A DNA stretch of 64,000 nt from Octopus vulgaris (taxonomy: Eukaryota), in the NCBI GenBank assembly GCA_951406725.2, contig OX597816.1, forward strand, positions 11,966,001 to 12,030,000. Reading direction: 5' to 3'. The translations under genes and the position numbers were made by a program. This document shows, piece by piece, positions 38,294-51,896 of this stretch (its first letter is position 1; each line of letters starts with the position of its first letter). The notes below the pieces were generated by a model that made no database searches, had not been told where the DNA came from, and worked only from the letters and a program-made list of their open reading frames with translations.

Positions 38294-38499
38294 TTCGAAA
38301 TAAAATTTATATTGTTATTACCATTATGATGTGTTTCAATGTCCTGATTAATAGAGGCAGAATTAATGTCAATAGGGTTAATTACAGGTAATTTTTTTCT
38401 TTATAACCTGCTTTAAGTAAGGCAGAGTAACAAAACCCAATCTTACATATCTGTTATATTTAATTTGTATATATGCATAACTGTCCTTCTCTGTATATA

Positions 38500-38935
38500 T
38501 ACAGGGCGCTTACTCACTGTTGTGTATGCACACTGACATTACACATCCATCGGAGTATACTAGTTTCATTTCTTGCAAGCTTACACATGTCCTCAACAGT
38601 CACAGCCCATGTTTCACTGCTGGATAGCATGGCTGTTCACACACATGCATCATACAGTCTACCTTTCACTCTGAGCGAGAGGCCCTTTGTCACCAGTAAA
38701 AGTGGGAGCTCTCTGAACTTTGCCCAGGCTATTCTTATTCTAGCAGCTACGCTCTCAGAGCATCCACTCCTGCTACAGACGTGGTCACCTAGGTAACAGA
38801 AACTATCAACTACTTCTAGTTTTCCCACCTGGCATGTGACGGAAGCTGTTTTCTGCACACATTTTCAGTGTTTATTGCCCTTATGCATTTGCGACACACA
38901 TAAACTATCTTCTCAGTTAACCTTCCTTTGGTATT
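38500..38935 (-). pseudogene. RTE LINE internal fragment
   Basis: LEVVDSFCYLGD..GCSESVAARIRIAWAKFRELPLL..SLRVKGRLYDACV, the RTE late-RT region. Confidence 0.88.
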
Positions 38936-39140
38936 GGTTTGGTATTTGCTCGACAAAAGGCGGTGCTCCAGCATGGCCGCAGTCAAGTGACTGAAACAAG
39001 TAAGAAAGAGACTAAAAAAAGAGAGTTGTATGTGCGGGAGGTTTTATGTCTATATATTGTGAGAATATAGTGTGTATTTTTTTATATATATCTTTCTACC
39101 TATTAGAGTTACTTCCCTTTTATTCAACAGATAGTCTTTT

Positions 39141-39174
<34 letters not shown>

Positions 39175-39930
39175 TATGTGTGTGTGTGTGTGTTTGTGTT
39201 TCAGTGTTTGTCCCACCACCATAATTTGACAACTAATGTTGGTGTGATTATGTCCTTGTAACTTAGCGGTTCAGCAAAAGAGACCAAATCAATTAAGTAC
39301 TAGGCTTACAATGAATAAGTCCTGGAGTCGATTTGTTTGACTAAAGGTGGTGCTCCAGCATGGCCGCACTCAAATGACTGAAGCAAGTAAAAGAATAAAA
39401 GGATTAGTGTTATTAAATGTTTTTCTCTTGTTGTCAATGTTGCTGTTGTTGTTGATGTCATTTAATCCCTGGCCAGCTGTGATTCAGTGGACCTGTTTGT
39501 GATCAAAGGTTTTCCAGCCATGACCCCTTTTAATAAATTCAAGATTAGTAAGCTGGTGAGCTGGCAGAATCATCACATCTTCGTCTGACCCATGGGAAAA
39601 AGGAAGATAAAATGGTCAAGATAATGATGAGGAGGAGGGCAATGATGAGGATGATGAATATGATGGAAATAAGGATGAAGAGGATTATGACAATGATTAT
39701 GATGATGATGGTGATGATGATGATGGCAATGCATGTGCTTCTATGTAATCTGGACATACATTAAAATTACTGTAAGTGTAATTTAAGTGTAAACAGTGTA
39801 AATTTAGTCCAGTGAAGGGTCAGACAACTCCTTAGAAAACTTCTCCAGCACAAACAACACATACATAAACATATACATTTATCATCATCATCATCATATG
39901 TGTGTGTGTGTGTATGTACATATTTGTATG

Positions 39931-39975
<45 letters not shown>

Positions 39976-40009
39976 GCATATATATATGTACACATACATG
40001 TATATATAT

Positions 40010-40355
40010 ATAAAATAAAATACAAAATGGGACAAGAACGCAAAACATCCGGACAACTAGGTGATACAAAGAGGGACAACAAAACATCCAGATAGACGAT
40101 ATCAAAAAACAAAGACAAGTCATTCCAAGCCTTTTATCCTCAGTCAAGAAATGGATCATCCTCGCAATTTCGTCTGATTAGATTAATCAGCCGAAATTGA
40201 GAGGATGATCTGGTTCTTGAGTGAGGATAAAAGGCTTGGAATGACCCGTCCTTGTCTTTTGACATCGTCTATGTGGATGGTTTTTTTGTCTCTTTTTGTA
40301 TCAGGTAGTTGTCTGGATGTTTTGCGTTCTTGTCCCATTTTGTATTTTATTTTAT
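40010..40355. repeat. Head-to-head pair of family D elements forming a fold-back
   Basis: Junction aatttcgtctgatta-gat-taatcagccgaaatt at ~40181; arms of ~170 bp. Confidence 0.85.
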
Positions 40356-40799
40356 ATATATATACATGTATGTATACATATATATATATGCATGTATGTG
40401 TGTATATATATCATCATCATCATCATCGTTTAGCGTCCGTTTTCCATGCTAGCATGGGTTGGACGGTTCTACTGGGGTCTGTGAAGCCAGAAGGCTTCAT
40501 CAGGCCCAGTCAAATCTGGCAGTGTTTCTACGGCTGGATGCCCTTCCTAACGCCAACCACTCCGTGAGTGTAGTGGGTGCTTTTTACGTGCCACCCGCAC
40601 TGGTGCCAGACAGAGCTGGCAAACGGCCACGAATGGATGGTGCTTTTTATGTGCCACCGGCACGAGGGCCAGGCGAGGCATATATATATTTATATGTATG
40701 TGTATATATGTGTGTATATATATGTATATATATATATATATAATGCACATATACATAATGTATGTATTTATATATGTATATCTATCTATCGCTCTGTCT

Positions 40800-40875
<76 letters not shown>

Positions 40876-41477
40876 TATGTATTCATACATTTATGTATAT
40901 ATATGTATGTATGCATGCATGAATATACATATGAATATACATAAGTACATACATATATATGTATGTATGTGTGTGTGTATGCTTCCCTTTAGCTACATCT
41001 GTTTACCTTGGTTGGAAGAAGAAGAAGAAGAAGAAGAAGAAGAAGAAGAAGAAGAAGAAGGTGAAGAAGAAGAAGAAGAAGGAGAAGAAGAAGAAGAAGA
41101 AGAAGAAGAAGGAGAAGAAGAAGGAGAAAAAGGAGAAGAAGAAGAAGGAGAAAAAGGAGAAGAAGAAGAAGAAGAAGAAGAAGAAGAAGAAGAAGAAGAA
41201 GAAGAAGGAGGAGGAGGAGGAGGCTGCTGCTGTCTTTTGAAGTGTCACTCCCATCATTTTTCAACAAGATGATAATCAAATTAGTGAGACCCATTTGAAG
41301 TAAGTATTTAATTAAATCACTTGTCACTTGCAGTCACCTCCGCTCTTTCTCTTTTTCTCCACAAACAATGTTGTCTTTAATGGAGTCCACTAATTTACTA
41401 TTCATATCAACAACGTTTCAATGACATCACGCTTGTATGTATGCATGAATGTAGGTATGTATGTATCCATCCATCCA

Positions 41478-41527
<50 letters not shown>

Positions 41528-42201
41528 CCTATCTATCTATCTGCCTATCTATCTATATGTCTTCTTGCCTATTTTATCTGTCTCTCTATCCATCAGTCCA
41601 GTCATCCATCAACTTCTCTTTCTTCTCTCTTTCTCTCTCCTCTTTTCTTTCCCCTATCACAACTCTCTCTTTATTTCTCTCTCCCTCCCTCTTTCTCCTT
41701 TTCTCTCCCTTTCCCTCTCTTTTTTTCTTGCCCTCTCACTCCCTTTCCTTTTTCTGTCTCCCTCCCTCTCTCTAGACATCATCATCATCATCATCATCAT
41801 TACCATCATCATCATCATCAGTTATAACCATCATATAATATCCATGTTCCATGTTGGCATCTTTTGGACTGTTCAACGGTTTCCAATGGTTCCAAAAACC
41901 ACACTAAGCACCCGTGTCTCTTCTGGCCTGGTTCCTGCAGCTGGATGTCCTTCCTAAATCCAACCACATTACAGCATTTAGTGGGGACTTGTTTCATGCC
42001 ACCAGCACCAGTGAGGTTACCAGGAGCAGGGAACAGCTTTATACTAGGAGATGAAATATAAGAGAGGTGTGTGTGTGGGGGGGGAAGGCTGTGTAGTAAG
42101 GAGCTTGCTTCCCAACCACATGGTTCTGGTTTCCGTCACACTGCAAGTCAACCAAAGCCTTGTGAGTGGATTTGGTAGACTTAAAATGAAAGAAGCTTGT
42201 C

Positions 42202-42261
<60 letters not shown>

Positions 42262-42996
42262 TCGTGTGTCTGTGTTTGTCCTCCCACTATCAGTTTGCAA
42301 CCAATATTGGTGTGTTTACATTCCCATAATTTAGCAGTTCAGCAAAAGAGACCGATAAAATAAGTACTAACCTAACAAAGAATAAGTTCTAGGGTCGATT
42401 TGCTTGACTAAAGGCAGTGCTCCAGCATAGCCACAGCCAAATGACTGAAATAAGTAAAAGAGTAAAAGCGTATATATATATATATATGTAAACCAAGAGA
42501 GAAGATGGAGATAAGATAAATAAAGATCTATAATTGTTATTTTGTTTCTTCTGTTGTATATAACTGTAAGGCATTGTGCTGTTATATATGCTTAATTCTT
42601 TGTCTGTTGTACTTATAGTGAGTTGTATGTTTCTGTCTTAGTATTCACTAGCTTAATAACAGCACTGGCACCTCCAAAATTGAGTGGTTTCAATGGTAAT
42701 GGCACGAAACCACTATGATATTTTAGGTCATTGACTGACAATGAAAACTCAGCTTCAAATATTCCATGCATCATGTCTTTGTCTAAATTTCCCGTCTGTT
42801 AAGTTTTCATCTAGTTTCCCATTTGCTCTGCTTTTGTCTAACTTTTTCTCCTTGTTGTGTTCTTTCTATTCAACCCCTGATACATATATACATACATATA
42901 TATATATATTTATATAAATAAGGATAAGATTGATATTTATATACTGATCTTATCAAGTGGCCAGCATGGGAATAAAAACCTTCAAAGGTAATAATC

Positions 42997-43214
42997 ATTA
43001 TTGAAATTATAATTTTGGGTATCTAAGAGATACCACCACGCTTGAAATAGCAGCCAAATTTTGACTCTAAAACACAAAAGTTCATGCAGCACCAGGAGAA
43101 AAAGCACTCTCCTGGTGCTGTATGAACATTTAATGTGGTTTTAGAGTCAAGATTTGGCTGTTATTTCAAGCGTGGTGGTATCTCTTAGATACCCAAAATT
43201 ATAATTTTAATAAT
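42997..43214. repeat. Long inverted repeat (~100-bp arms); duplicate at 53362-53580
   Basis: aaattataattttgggtatctaagagataccaccacgcttgaaata...tatttcaagcgtggtggtatctcttagatacccaaaattataattt. Confidence 0.92.
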
Positions 43215-43226
43215 AATAATAATAAT

Positions 43227-43265
<39 letters not shown>

Positions 43266-43266
<1 letters not shown>

Positions 43267-43748
43267 CATCATCATCATCATAATCGTTTAACGTCCGCTT
43301 TCCATGCTAGCATGAGTTGGACGAATGACTGAGGGCTGGCGAACCAGGCTCCAGTCTGATCTGGCAGAGTTTCTACAGCTGGATGCCCTTCCTAACGCCA
43401 ACGACTCCAAGAGTGTAGTGGGTGCTTTTTACATGCCACCAGCACAAGGGTCAGTTAGGTGGTACTGGCAATGTCCACGTGCAAATAGTGCTTTTTATGT
43501 GCCACCTGCACAGGAGCCAGTCTAGCGGCACTGGCATCAACCTCACTTGAATGTTTCATGTGCCACCAGCACAAGTGCTAGTAAGGCGATGCAGTATCGA
43601 TTACGCTCGACTGGTGTGCTTAACATGCCAGCAGCATGAAGGCCAGCTTGTTGCTCTGGCAACAATCTCACTCGTATGGTACTCTTAGCGCTCCACTAGC
43701 AACGGATGCCAGTCACCGAGTTTGATTTTGACTTCGATTTCGATTAAA
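43266..43748 (-). mobile_element. RTE LINE 3' end present only in duplication copy 1
   Basis: Family B body here; copy 2 has a SINE A head at 53655-53870 at the same position. Confidence 0.85.
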
Positions 43749-44254
43749 TTTTATGTGTGTGTGTATGTGTGTGTCTTTGTGTTGGTGTTTGCCCCCCCAC
43801 CACCACCACCAATGATTGACAACTAGTGTTGGTTTGTTTATATCCCTGTAACTTAGCAGTTTGGTACAAGAGACGAAGGGCATAATTACCAAGCCTTAAA
43901 AATAAAGAAAAACCAAAAGTACCAAGATCTCATTCATTCGACGAAAACCCTTCAAGGCAGTGCCCCAGCATGGCCAGATTCCAATGACTAAAATATATAA
44001 AAGATAAGAGATATCTCCTAATCAATTTACTTAACAATTTAACTAATTACCTACCTCATTTATTGATCTGTCTGTTTAGATATTAATTAGCTTATCTCTG
44101 AAAGTAATTCCGGACCATCTTCTGTATCTCCATCTCTGTCGGCCTGTCTGCTCATCTGCTTATCTAGGAACCATCTTCCTTTTTTTACAACCTATCATGC
44201 TGACAACCTATATATTCGTAAGTCTGTTTATATACCAGTCTACTTTCTTATGCA

Positions 44255-45020
44255 TGCATATGTGTGTGTGTTTTTGTTGTGTGTGTGTGTGTGTGTATGT
44301 GTGTGTGTATGTTTGTCTGTGTGCATCTGTGCATGTGTTTGTGTCTTTCGTGTTTGTGTGTTTGTGTGTATCTGTACGTGTGTTTGTGTGTTTGTGAATG
44401 TGTGTGTGTGTGAATGTAAGTATGTATGTGTTTGTGTGTTTGTTTTTGTGTGTGTGTATGTGTGTGTGTTTGTGTGTGTGTGTGTGTGCATGTGCGTGTG
44501 TGTTTGTGTTTATGTGTATGTATGAGCATGTGTGTTTTCATTTCTGTGTGTGTGTATGTTTTTGCTTGTGTGTGTGTGTGTCTGTGCATCTGTGCATCTG
44601 TGTGAATGTGAGTGTGTGTATGTGTGTGTGTGAATGTGAGTATGTGTTTGTGTGTTTGTGTTTGTGTGTGTGTATGTGTGTGTGTGTTTGTGTGTGTGCA
44701 TGTGAGTATGTGTGTGTGTTTGTGTTTGTGTGTGTGTTTGTGTTTATGTGTATGTATGAGCATGTGTGTCTTCATTTCTGTGTGTGTGTATGTTTTTGCT
44801 TGTGTGTGTGTGTGTCTGTGCATCTGTGCATCTGTGTGAATGTGAGTGTGTGTATGTGTTTGTGTGAATGTGAGTATGTGTTTGTGTGTTTGTGTTTGTG
44901 TGTGTGTATGTGTGTGTGTGTTTGTGTGTGTGCATGTGTGTATGTGTGTGTGTTTGGGTTTGTGTGTGTGTTTGTGTTTATGTGTATGTATGAGCATGTG
45001 TGTTTGCATTTGTGTGTGTG
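44255..45020. repeat. (TG)n-derived higher-order tandem repeat, 234-bp period
   Basis: Marker tatgagcatg at 44521, 44755 and 44989. Confidence 0.85.
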
Positions 45021-45345
45021 TGGCCCTTGTGCTGGCTGCACGTAAAAGCACCCAATTACACTCTCAGAGTGGTTAGCATTAGGAAGGGCATCCAGCTGTA
45101 GAAACTCTGCCAGATCAGACTGGAGCCTTGTGCAGCCATCTGGTTTGCCAGCCCTCAGTCAAAACGTCCAACCCATGGCAGCATGGAAAGTGAACGTTAA
45201 ACGATGATGATGATGATGATGTTATGTATGGCATGTAAAAAGCACCAACCAGTCGTGGCCATTGCCAGCCTCCTCTGGCCCCTGCCGGTGGCCTGTAAAA
45301 AGTACCCACTACACTCACGGAGTGGTTGGCGTTAAAAAGGGCATC

Positions 45346-45381
<36 letters not shown>

Positions 45382-46887
45382 CACACATACATTCAAATTT
45401 ACATATATACATGCTCACACACACATACATACACACACATATGTATATATATACATTTATATATACATACTCACACACGCATTTATATATACATACACAC
45501 ACACACGCGTGCGCGCGCACATATATATATACACACATTTATATATATACATACACACACATATATATATATGTGTGTGTGTATATGTAGTTGTATGTAT
45601 GCATGTATGTAAGTGAAGGGAGAGGGAGTGACAAAGTGAGAGAGAGATAGAGATAGTGCTGTTGGTGTTGGTTGAGATCAAAAACCTATTGAAATCCATG
45701 TTAAACTACAGCTCAGCATTGAAGCTTTGAAAAGGGTTTGAAGATTATTAAGACATGTTTTCTTAAAATATTAAATTATTTTCTGTTAAATAGTAAACAC
45801 TAATCCTCTCTTTTCTTTTTATACAGAAAAATTTTTTTTTACATCGTTTCATTGTTCAAATGAATAGTAAAAAAAAAAAAATCATGTAGAAAAAAAAAAC
45901 CAAGTTTATGAAATCTTTTAACACAAAATTGTTGTTCAAAGAGAAGAATTAATAAATTTCAGCAAGTAAACAGTGTTTGGTGCCATACCGTCATCACCAT
46001 AGCAATCATCATCATCATCATCATCATAGCAATCATCATCACCATCACCATCATCATCATCATCATCATGATCATCATCATGATCATCATCATCATTGCC
46101 ATCAAAACCACCACCACCACCACCACCACCACCACCACCACCACCACCACCACAACCATCACCATCATCATCATTGTCATCATCATTTTCATCATCATCG
46201 TCATCAATGTCATTATCATCATTATCACCACCACTGCTGCTGCAGCCGCCTCCACCACCACCACTATCATCGTCATCACCACCACCACCACCATCACCAT
46301 CATCATCATAATCATCATCATTTTCATCATCATCATTGTCATCATCATCATTGTCATCATCATCACCATCACTATTATTCATCAACCACAATCAATGCCA
46401 CTGCTGACACCATCAATGCGGCCATCATTGGGCTCACCACTGCCATCACCACACCAACTCATCACCCCTCCTCCTCCTCATTCTCCTCCTCCTCCTCCTT
46501 CTCCTCTTCCTCCTCCTCCTCATCATCGTTACTATGCCTACCACCACAACCAGCACAGACACTGCCTCAACCGCTCCTCCAAACTTCCCCACCTGCTCTT
46601 CATCATCAACAACAACAACATCAGCAACAATGATAATGAAAATAATGAAATAACAAAATAATCTATCTGTCTGTCTATCTATATATATATATGTGTGTGT
46701 GTGCGTGTGTGTGTGTGTGTATGAAACAACAACAGCAGCAACAACTGCAACAGCAACAACAACACAAGTATCCACAACAACAGGAAGAAAACCATTGAAA
46801 ATAGCTAACCATACATATATATATATATATATATATGTACATATATTTATATATATATGCACATATATATATATATATGTACATATA

Positions 46888-46937
<50 letters not shown>

Positions 46938-47093
46938 AAACATCATGAGAAGATATAAGATATATGTGTGCAGATATATATATGTATATAAGTATATATA
47001 TATATATATATATATATGCATACATATATATATATAAAACGAGAAGATATATATGTGTGTATATATATATGTATATAAGTATACATATATATG

Positions 47094-47139
<46 letters not shown>

Positions 47140-47185
47140 TACATATATACATATATATATGTGTGTATATGTGTGTGTGTGCGTG

Positions 47186-47218
<33 letters not shown>

Positions 47219-48265
47219 ATACACACACGTATATAATTATAAGACGAGAAGATAAGCAAATGAAATATCTTGAAAAGGTTGCTGTCTTCGACAATTCTTC
47301 AGGAAACTCATTTGTTATCATTGCTACTTGTTGTTAGTCGTCCTTAGATAATTCTTCAGCATCTATTAAATTCCAATTAACTGGTGCCAACCATTTAGTA
47401 AGTGTTTCTATCTTGGTACTAAGCAAACAAGCTGATTGAATGTTTTAGCTCTTTGCAAAGAAACTGGCAATTCAACTCACTTTCTCCTGAGACACGTAGA
47501 ATTTCCATTACTTTTGCGTTATTCAAACTGTCTTTGTAGAGAGAGAGAGAAGGAGAGTAAGAAAGAGAGAGAGAGAGAGAGAAAGTGCAGTGGGGGTGGT
47601 GGGAGAGGAAGAGGTGAGCTGTGCTGTAAAATAACATTAAGCATTTGACAGAGAGGAATAGTAAGAAAAATTCTTGGTGTTTGTAGGGCATTGATACATT
47701 TTTATATTGTAAGGAATTCTTTGGCCTCATTTATAGAATTTTTTTTTTGTATTATGGCGATAAATTACTTTCTACAGTGCAATTAGTGTTGAGTACTATC
47801 ACCATGACCATATATCTACATGTGGACGTATACACACACATACACACACACACGTGCATTCGTCATCATCATTGTCGTTTAATGTCCACTCGCCATGCTG
47901 GCATGGGTTGGATGGTTTGACTGAGGACTGGCAAAGCAGGAGGCTTCACCAGGCTCTGTTCTGATATGGCAAGGTTTCTACAGCTGGATGCTCTTCCTAA
48001 TGCCAACCACTCTGAGAGTGTAGTGGGTGCTTTTTGGGTGCCAGTTAGGCTGCACTGGCATCAGCCACTCTTGAATGGTGCATTTTACGTGCCACCGGCA
48101 CAGGTGCCAGTTAGGCTGCACTGGCTTCAAACATACTTGAATGGTGCTTTTACGTGCCATCAACAAATTCTACCTGTAAAAATGGATGTTTATCATATTC
48201 ATCATTCTGTGTTTTAAATCTGGGTTTTGTCCCCCTCTACCTCAATACCAAAGCAACTGATAAGA

Positions 48266-48960
48266 TATTATTATTATCATTATTATTTATTGCTTTGCAC
48301 AGCTTCTAACACAGAAGATGTACTATGGTGTCAGCTGTTCACTACTAGTGAAATAAGGTAACACCTCTTGCTTTTCAAGCACCTTCTGGAGTATTCGAGT
48401 GGTTCAAAGCAGTGCTGTTTTCTGCAAGCACTCTACCCTTATTGCAGCCCCTGTTCCATATACTTTTCAAGAGCTTTACTCACTTTTCCTAGAGCTCTGA
48501 CAATTATTGGAACTACTACCACCTTTTTCATCGACCACAGCTGCTTAACTTCCCAAGCTAACTTCTTATATCTATCGACTTTTCTTTCTTCCTTATCGCA
48601 TACCTTGTTGTCAGCTGGGCGTGCTATATCTATGATCCAGCATCGTTTGCTTTCTTTCTCAATTAACACTATGTCTGGTTTCCTATTCTCTATCTCATGG
48701 TCGCACTGAATCATAAAATCCCACAGGATCTTTGCATTATCATTTTCAATGATCACTTCAGGTTTATGTGTATGAACATACCACTTTTTTGCTCTGTCAA
48801 GTCCATACTTGTTGCAAAGTGTCCAATGGACAATCCTTGCCTATATTGTCATGACATCTCTTATATTCCTTCTGGGCTAGTGGTGTACATTGACTGGTAA
48901 TATGCCATACGGTTTCACCATTTTGTCCAGAAATGCTGCACTTATCTTATTCTGATGTGT
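48266..48960 (-). pseudogene. R4/Dong-clade LINE 3' fragment (zinc knuckle + restriction-like endonuclease)
   Basis: KCSISGQNGETVWHITSQC..EYKRCHDN, then KILWDFMIQCDHEIENRKPDIVLIEK..WIIDIA..KVDRYKKL..VVPIIV, ending in a (TAA)n-type tail. Confidence 0.88.
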
Positions 48961-49035
48961 TGTTTATTCTGTATTTGATGTAATTTGCTATTACTACTAC
49001 TACTACCACCACCACCACCACCACCACCACCACTT

Positions 49036-49085
<50 letters not shown>

Positions 49086-49277
49086 ACTGCTGCTGCTGCT
49101 GCTACTGCTGCTGCTGCTGCTACTGCTGCTGCTGCTGCTTCTACTACCGCTTTGTTCAAAGCCTCCCTGGACCTCAAGTGGCCTGAACTCTTTACATGAA
49201 CACCACCCTGTACTTAACTCCATGTCCCCCTACATGGCCTTGCTATTTGCTTTTGAGCCAAATTAACTAACTAACTA

Positions 49278-49319
<42 letters not shown>

Positions 49320-49347
49320 GCCGCTGCTGCTGCTGCTACTGCTGCTT

Positions 49348-49443
<96 letters not shown>

Positions 49444-50336
49444 TTATTACTATTACTATTACTATTATTATTATTAATATTACTATTACTATTACTATTA
49501 TTATTATTAATATTACTATTACTATTACTATTATTATTATTATTATTATTATTACTATTACTATTACTATTACTATTACTATTATTATTATTATTATCAT
49601 TATCATTATTATTATTGTTCAAAACTTTCACATTATATCATGCAAATGTTTCTCCTGTAACATTTTGTATTCTACAATCAACAATACGCGAAATGTTTTT
49701 TTTTCTTCTTTTTCTCCATCATAAATGTAATCAGCTTAATGGAGATAATTATGAAAATGAGGCAGAAAGATTATTTCTAAAATTCTAGGTTTACTGATCA
49801 TGTTGATAAAATAGCTACTGAAAAATCTTTCCAGATTATCAAAATAAGCTCTTTATAGTTTCATAAATCTTTAATGAATGCTAACTTTAATTAGTAATTA
49901 AGGAACATTATGAGCCATGAGCTCTGGTACAACTAAAATCTATTCTCAGTCAACGAACATATGTCTTTCTTTTTACATTGAAATTAATAAATAATAAACT
50001 GGTTTTCAAAGAGATGGTATTAAAATATCAACAAAATATTTTAATTACTTTATAATAGGAGCAGCTATGGATAGGCTGTGTGGTAAGAAGTTTGCTTCTC
50101 AAATATAGGGTTCTGGGTTCAATCTCACTGCATGGTACCTTGGGCAAGAGTCTTGTATTATAACCTTGGGCTGAACCAAAGCCTTATGAGTGGATTTGGT
50201 CGACAGAAGCTGAAAGGAACCTGCTGTACCCGCCCCTACACACACATACATATATATACATACATACATACTTATATATATATATATGTGCTGATGGCTC
50301 GTAAAAAACATTATTCGAGCGTGATCATTACCTGTG

Positions 50337-50436
50337 NNNNNNNNNNNNNNNNNNNNNNNNNNNNNNNNNNNNNNNNNNNNNNNNNNNNNNNNNNNNNNNN
50401 NNNNNNNNNNNNNNNNNNNNNNNNNNNNNNNNNNNN
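50337..50436. other. Assembly gap (100 N)
   Basis: Run of exactly 100 N. Confidence 0.99.
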
Positions 50437-51152
50437 TTATCCTCAGTCAAGAAATGGATCATCCTCGCAATTTCGTCTGATTAGATTAATCAGCCGAAAT
50501 TGAGAGGATGATCTGGTTCTTGAGTGAGGATAAAAGGCTTGGAATGACCCGTCCTTGTCTTTTGACATCGTCTATGTGGATGGTTTTTTTGTCTCTTTTT
50601 GTATCAGGTAGTTGTCTGGATGTTTTGCGTTCTTGTCCCATTTTGTATTTTATTTTATATATTGATTGATTGATTGATTCTAGTTTCAGCCTATGAGCTG
50701 TGGCCATGCTGGGGCACATGTATGTATACATATATATATATGCATGTATGTGTGTATATATATCATCATCATCATCATCGTTTAGCGTCCGTTTTCCATG
50801 CTAGCATGGGTTGGACGGTTCTACTGGGGTCTGTGAAGCCAGAAGGCTTCATCAGGCCCAGTCAAATCTGGCAGTGTTTCTACGGCTGGATGCCCTTCCT
50901 AACGCCAACCACTCCGTGAGTGTAGTGGGTGCTTTTTACGTGCCACCCGCACTGGTGCCAGACAGAGCTGGCAAACGGCCACGAATGGATGGTGCTTTTT
51001 ATGTGCCACCGGCACGAGGGCCAGGCGAGGCATATATATATTTATATGTATGTGTATATATGTGTGTATATATATGTATATATATATATATAATGCACAT
51101 ATACATAATGTATGTATTTATATATGTATATCTATCTATCGCTCTGTCTCTC

Positions 51153-51221
<69 letters not shown>

Positions 51222-51848
51222 ATGTATGTCATATGTATTCATATTTATGTATATATATGTATGTATGCATGCATGAATATACATATGAATATACATAAGT
51301 ACATACATATATATGTATGTATGTGTGTGTGTATGCTTCCCTTTAGCTACATCTGTTTACCTTGGTTGGAAGAAGAAGAAGAAGAAGAAGAAGAAGAAGA
51401 AGAAGAAGAAGAAGAAGAAGAAGAAGAAGAAGAAGAAGAAGAAGAAGAAGAAGAAGAAGAAGAAGAAGGAGAAGAAGAAGGAGAAAAGGAGAAGAAGAAG
51501 AAGGAGAAAAAGGAGAAGGAAGAAGAAGAAGAAGAAGAAGAAGAAGCAGAAGAAGAAGAAGAAGAAGAAGGAGGAGGAGGAGGAGGCTGCTGCTGTCTTT
51601 TGAAGTGTCACTCCCATCATTTTTCAACAAGATGATAATCAAATTAGTGAGACCCATTTGAAGTAAGTATTTAATTAAATCACTTGTCACTTGCAGTCAC
51701 CTCCGCTCTTTCTCTTTTTCTCCACAAACAATGTTGTCTTTAATGGAGTCCACTAATTTACTATTCATATCAACAACGTTTCAATGACATCACGCTTGTA
51801 TGTATGCATGAATGTAGGTATGTATGTATCCATCCATCCATCACTCTC

Positions 51849-51896
<48 letters not shown>

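Larger units (their letters stand above)
36640..38445 (-). pseudogene. Penelope-like element 3' portion (GIY-YIG endonuclease) with terminal hammerhead remnant
   Basis: ORF 37052-37420 reads FYIGCSS..LSKRISNH..LSKLIWSLKE..MEWKILSRSFPY..CPLCDEE..ELVYHCKH. Upstream YSALLKAGYKKKL lies at ~38430-38390. Confidence 0.88.
40134..50336 (+). repeat. Copy 1 of a ~10-kb near-identical direct duplication
   Basis: Starts ttatcctcagtcaagaaatgg and ends gatcattacctgtg; the same termini are at 50437 and 60257. Confidence 0.95.
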
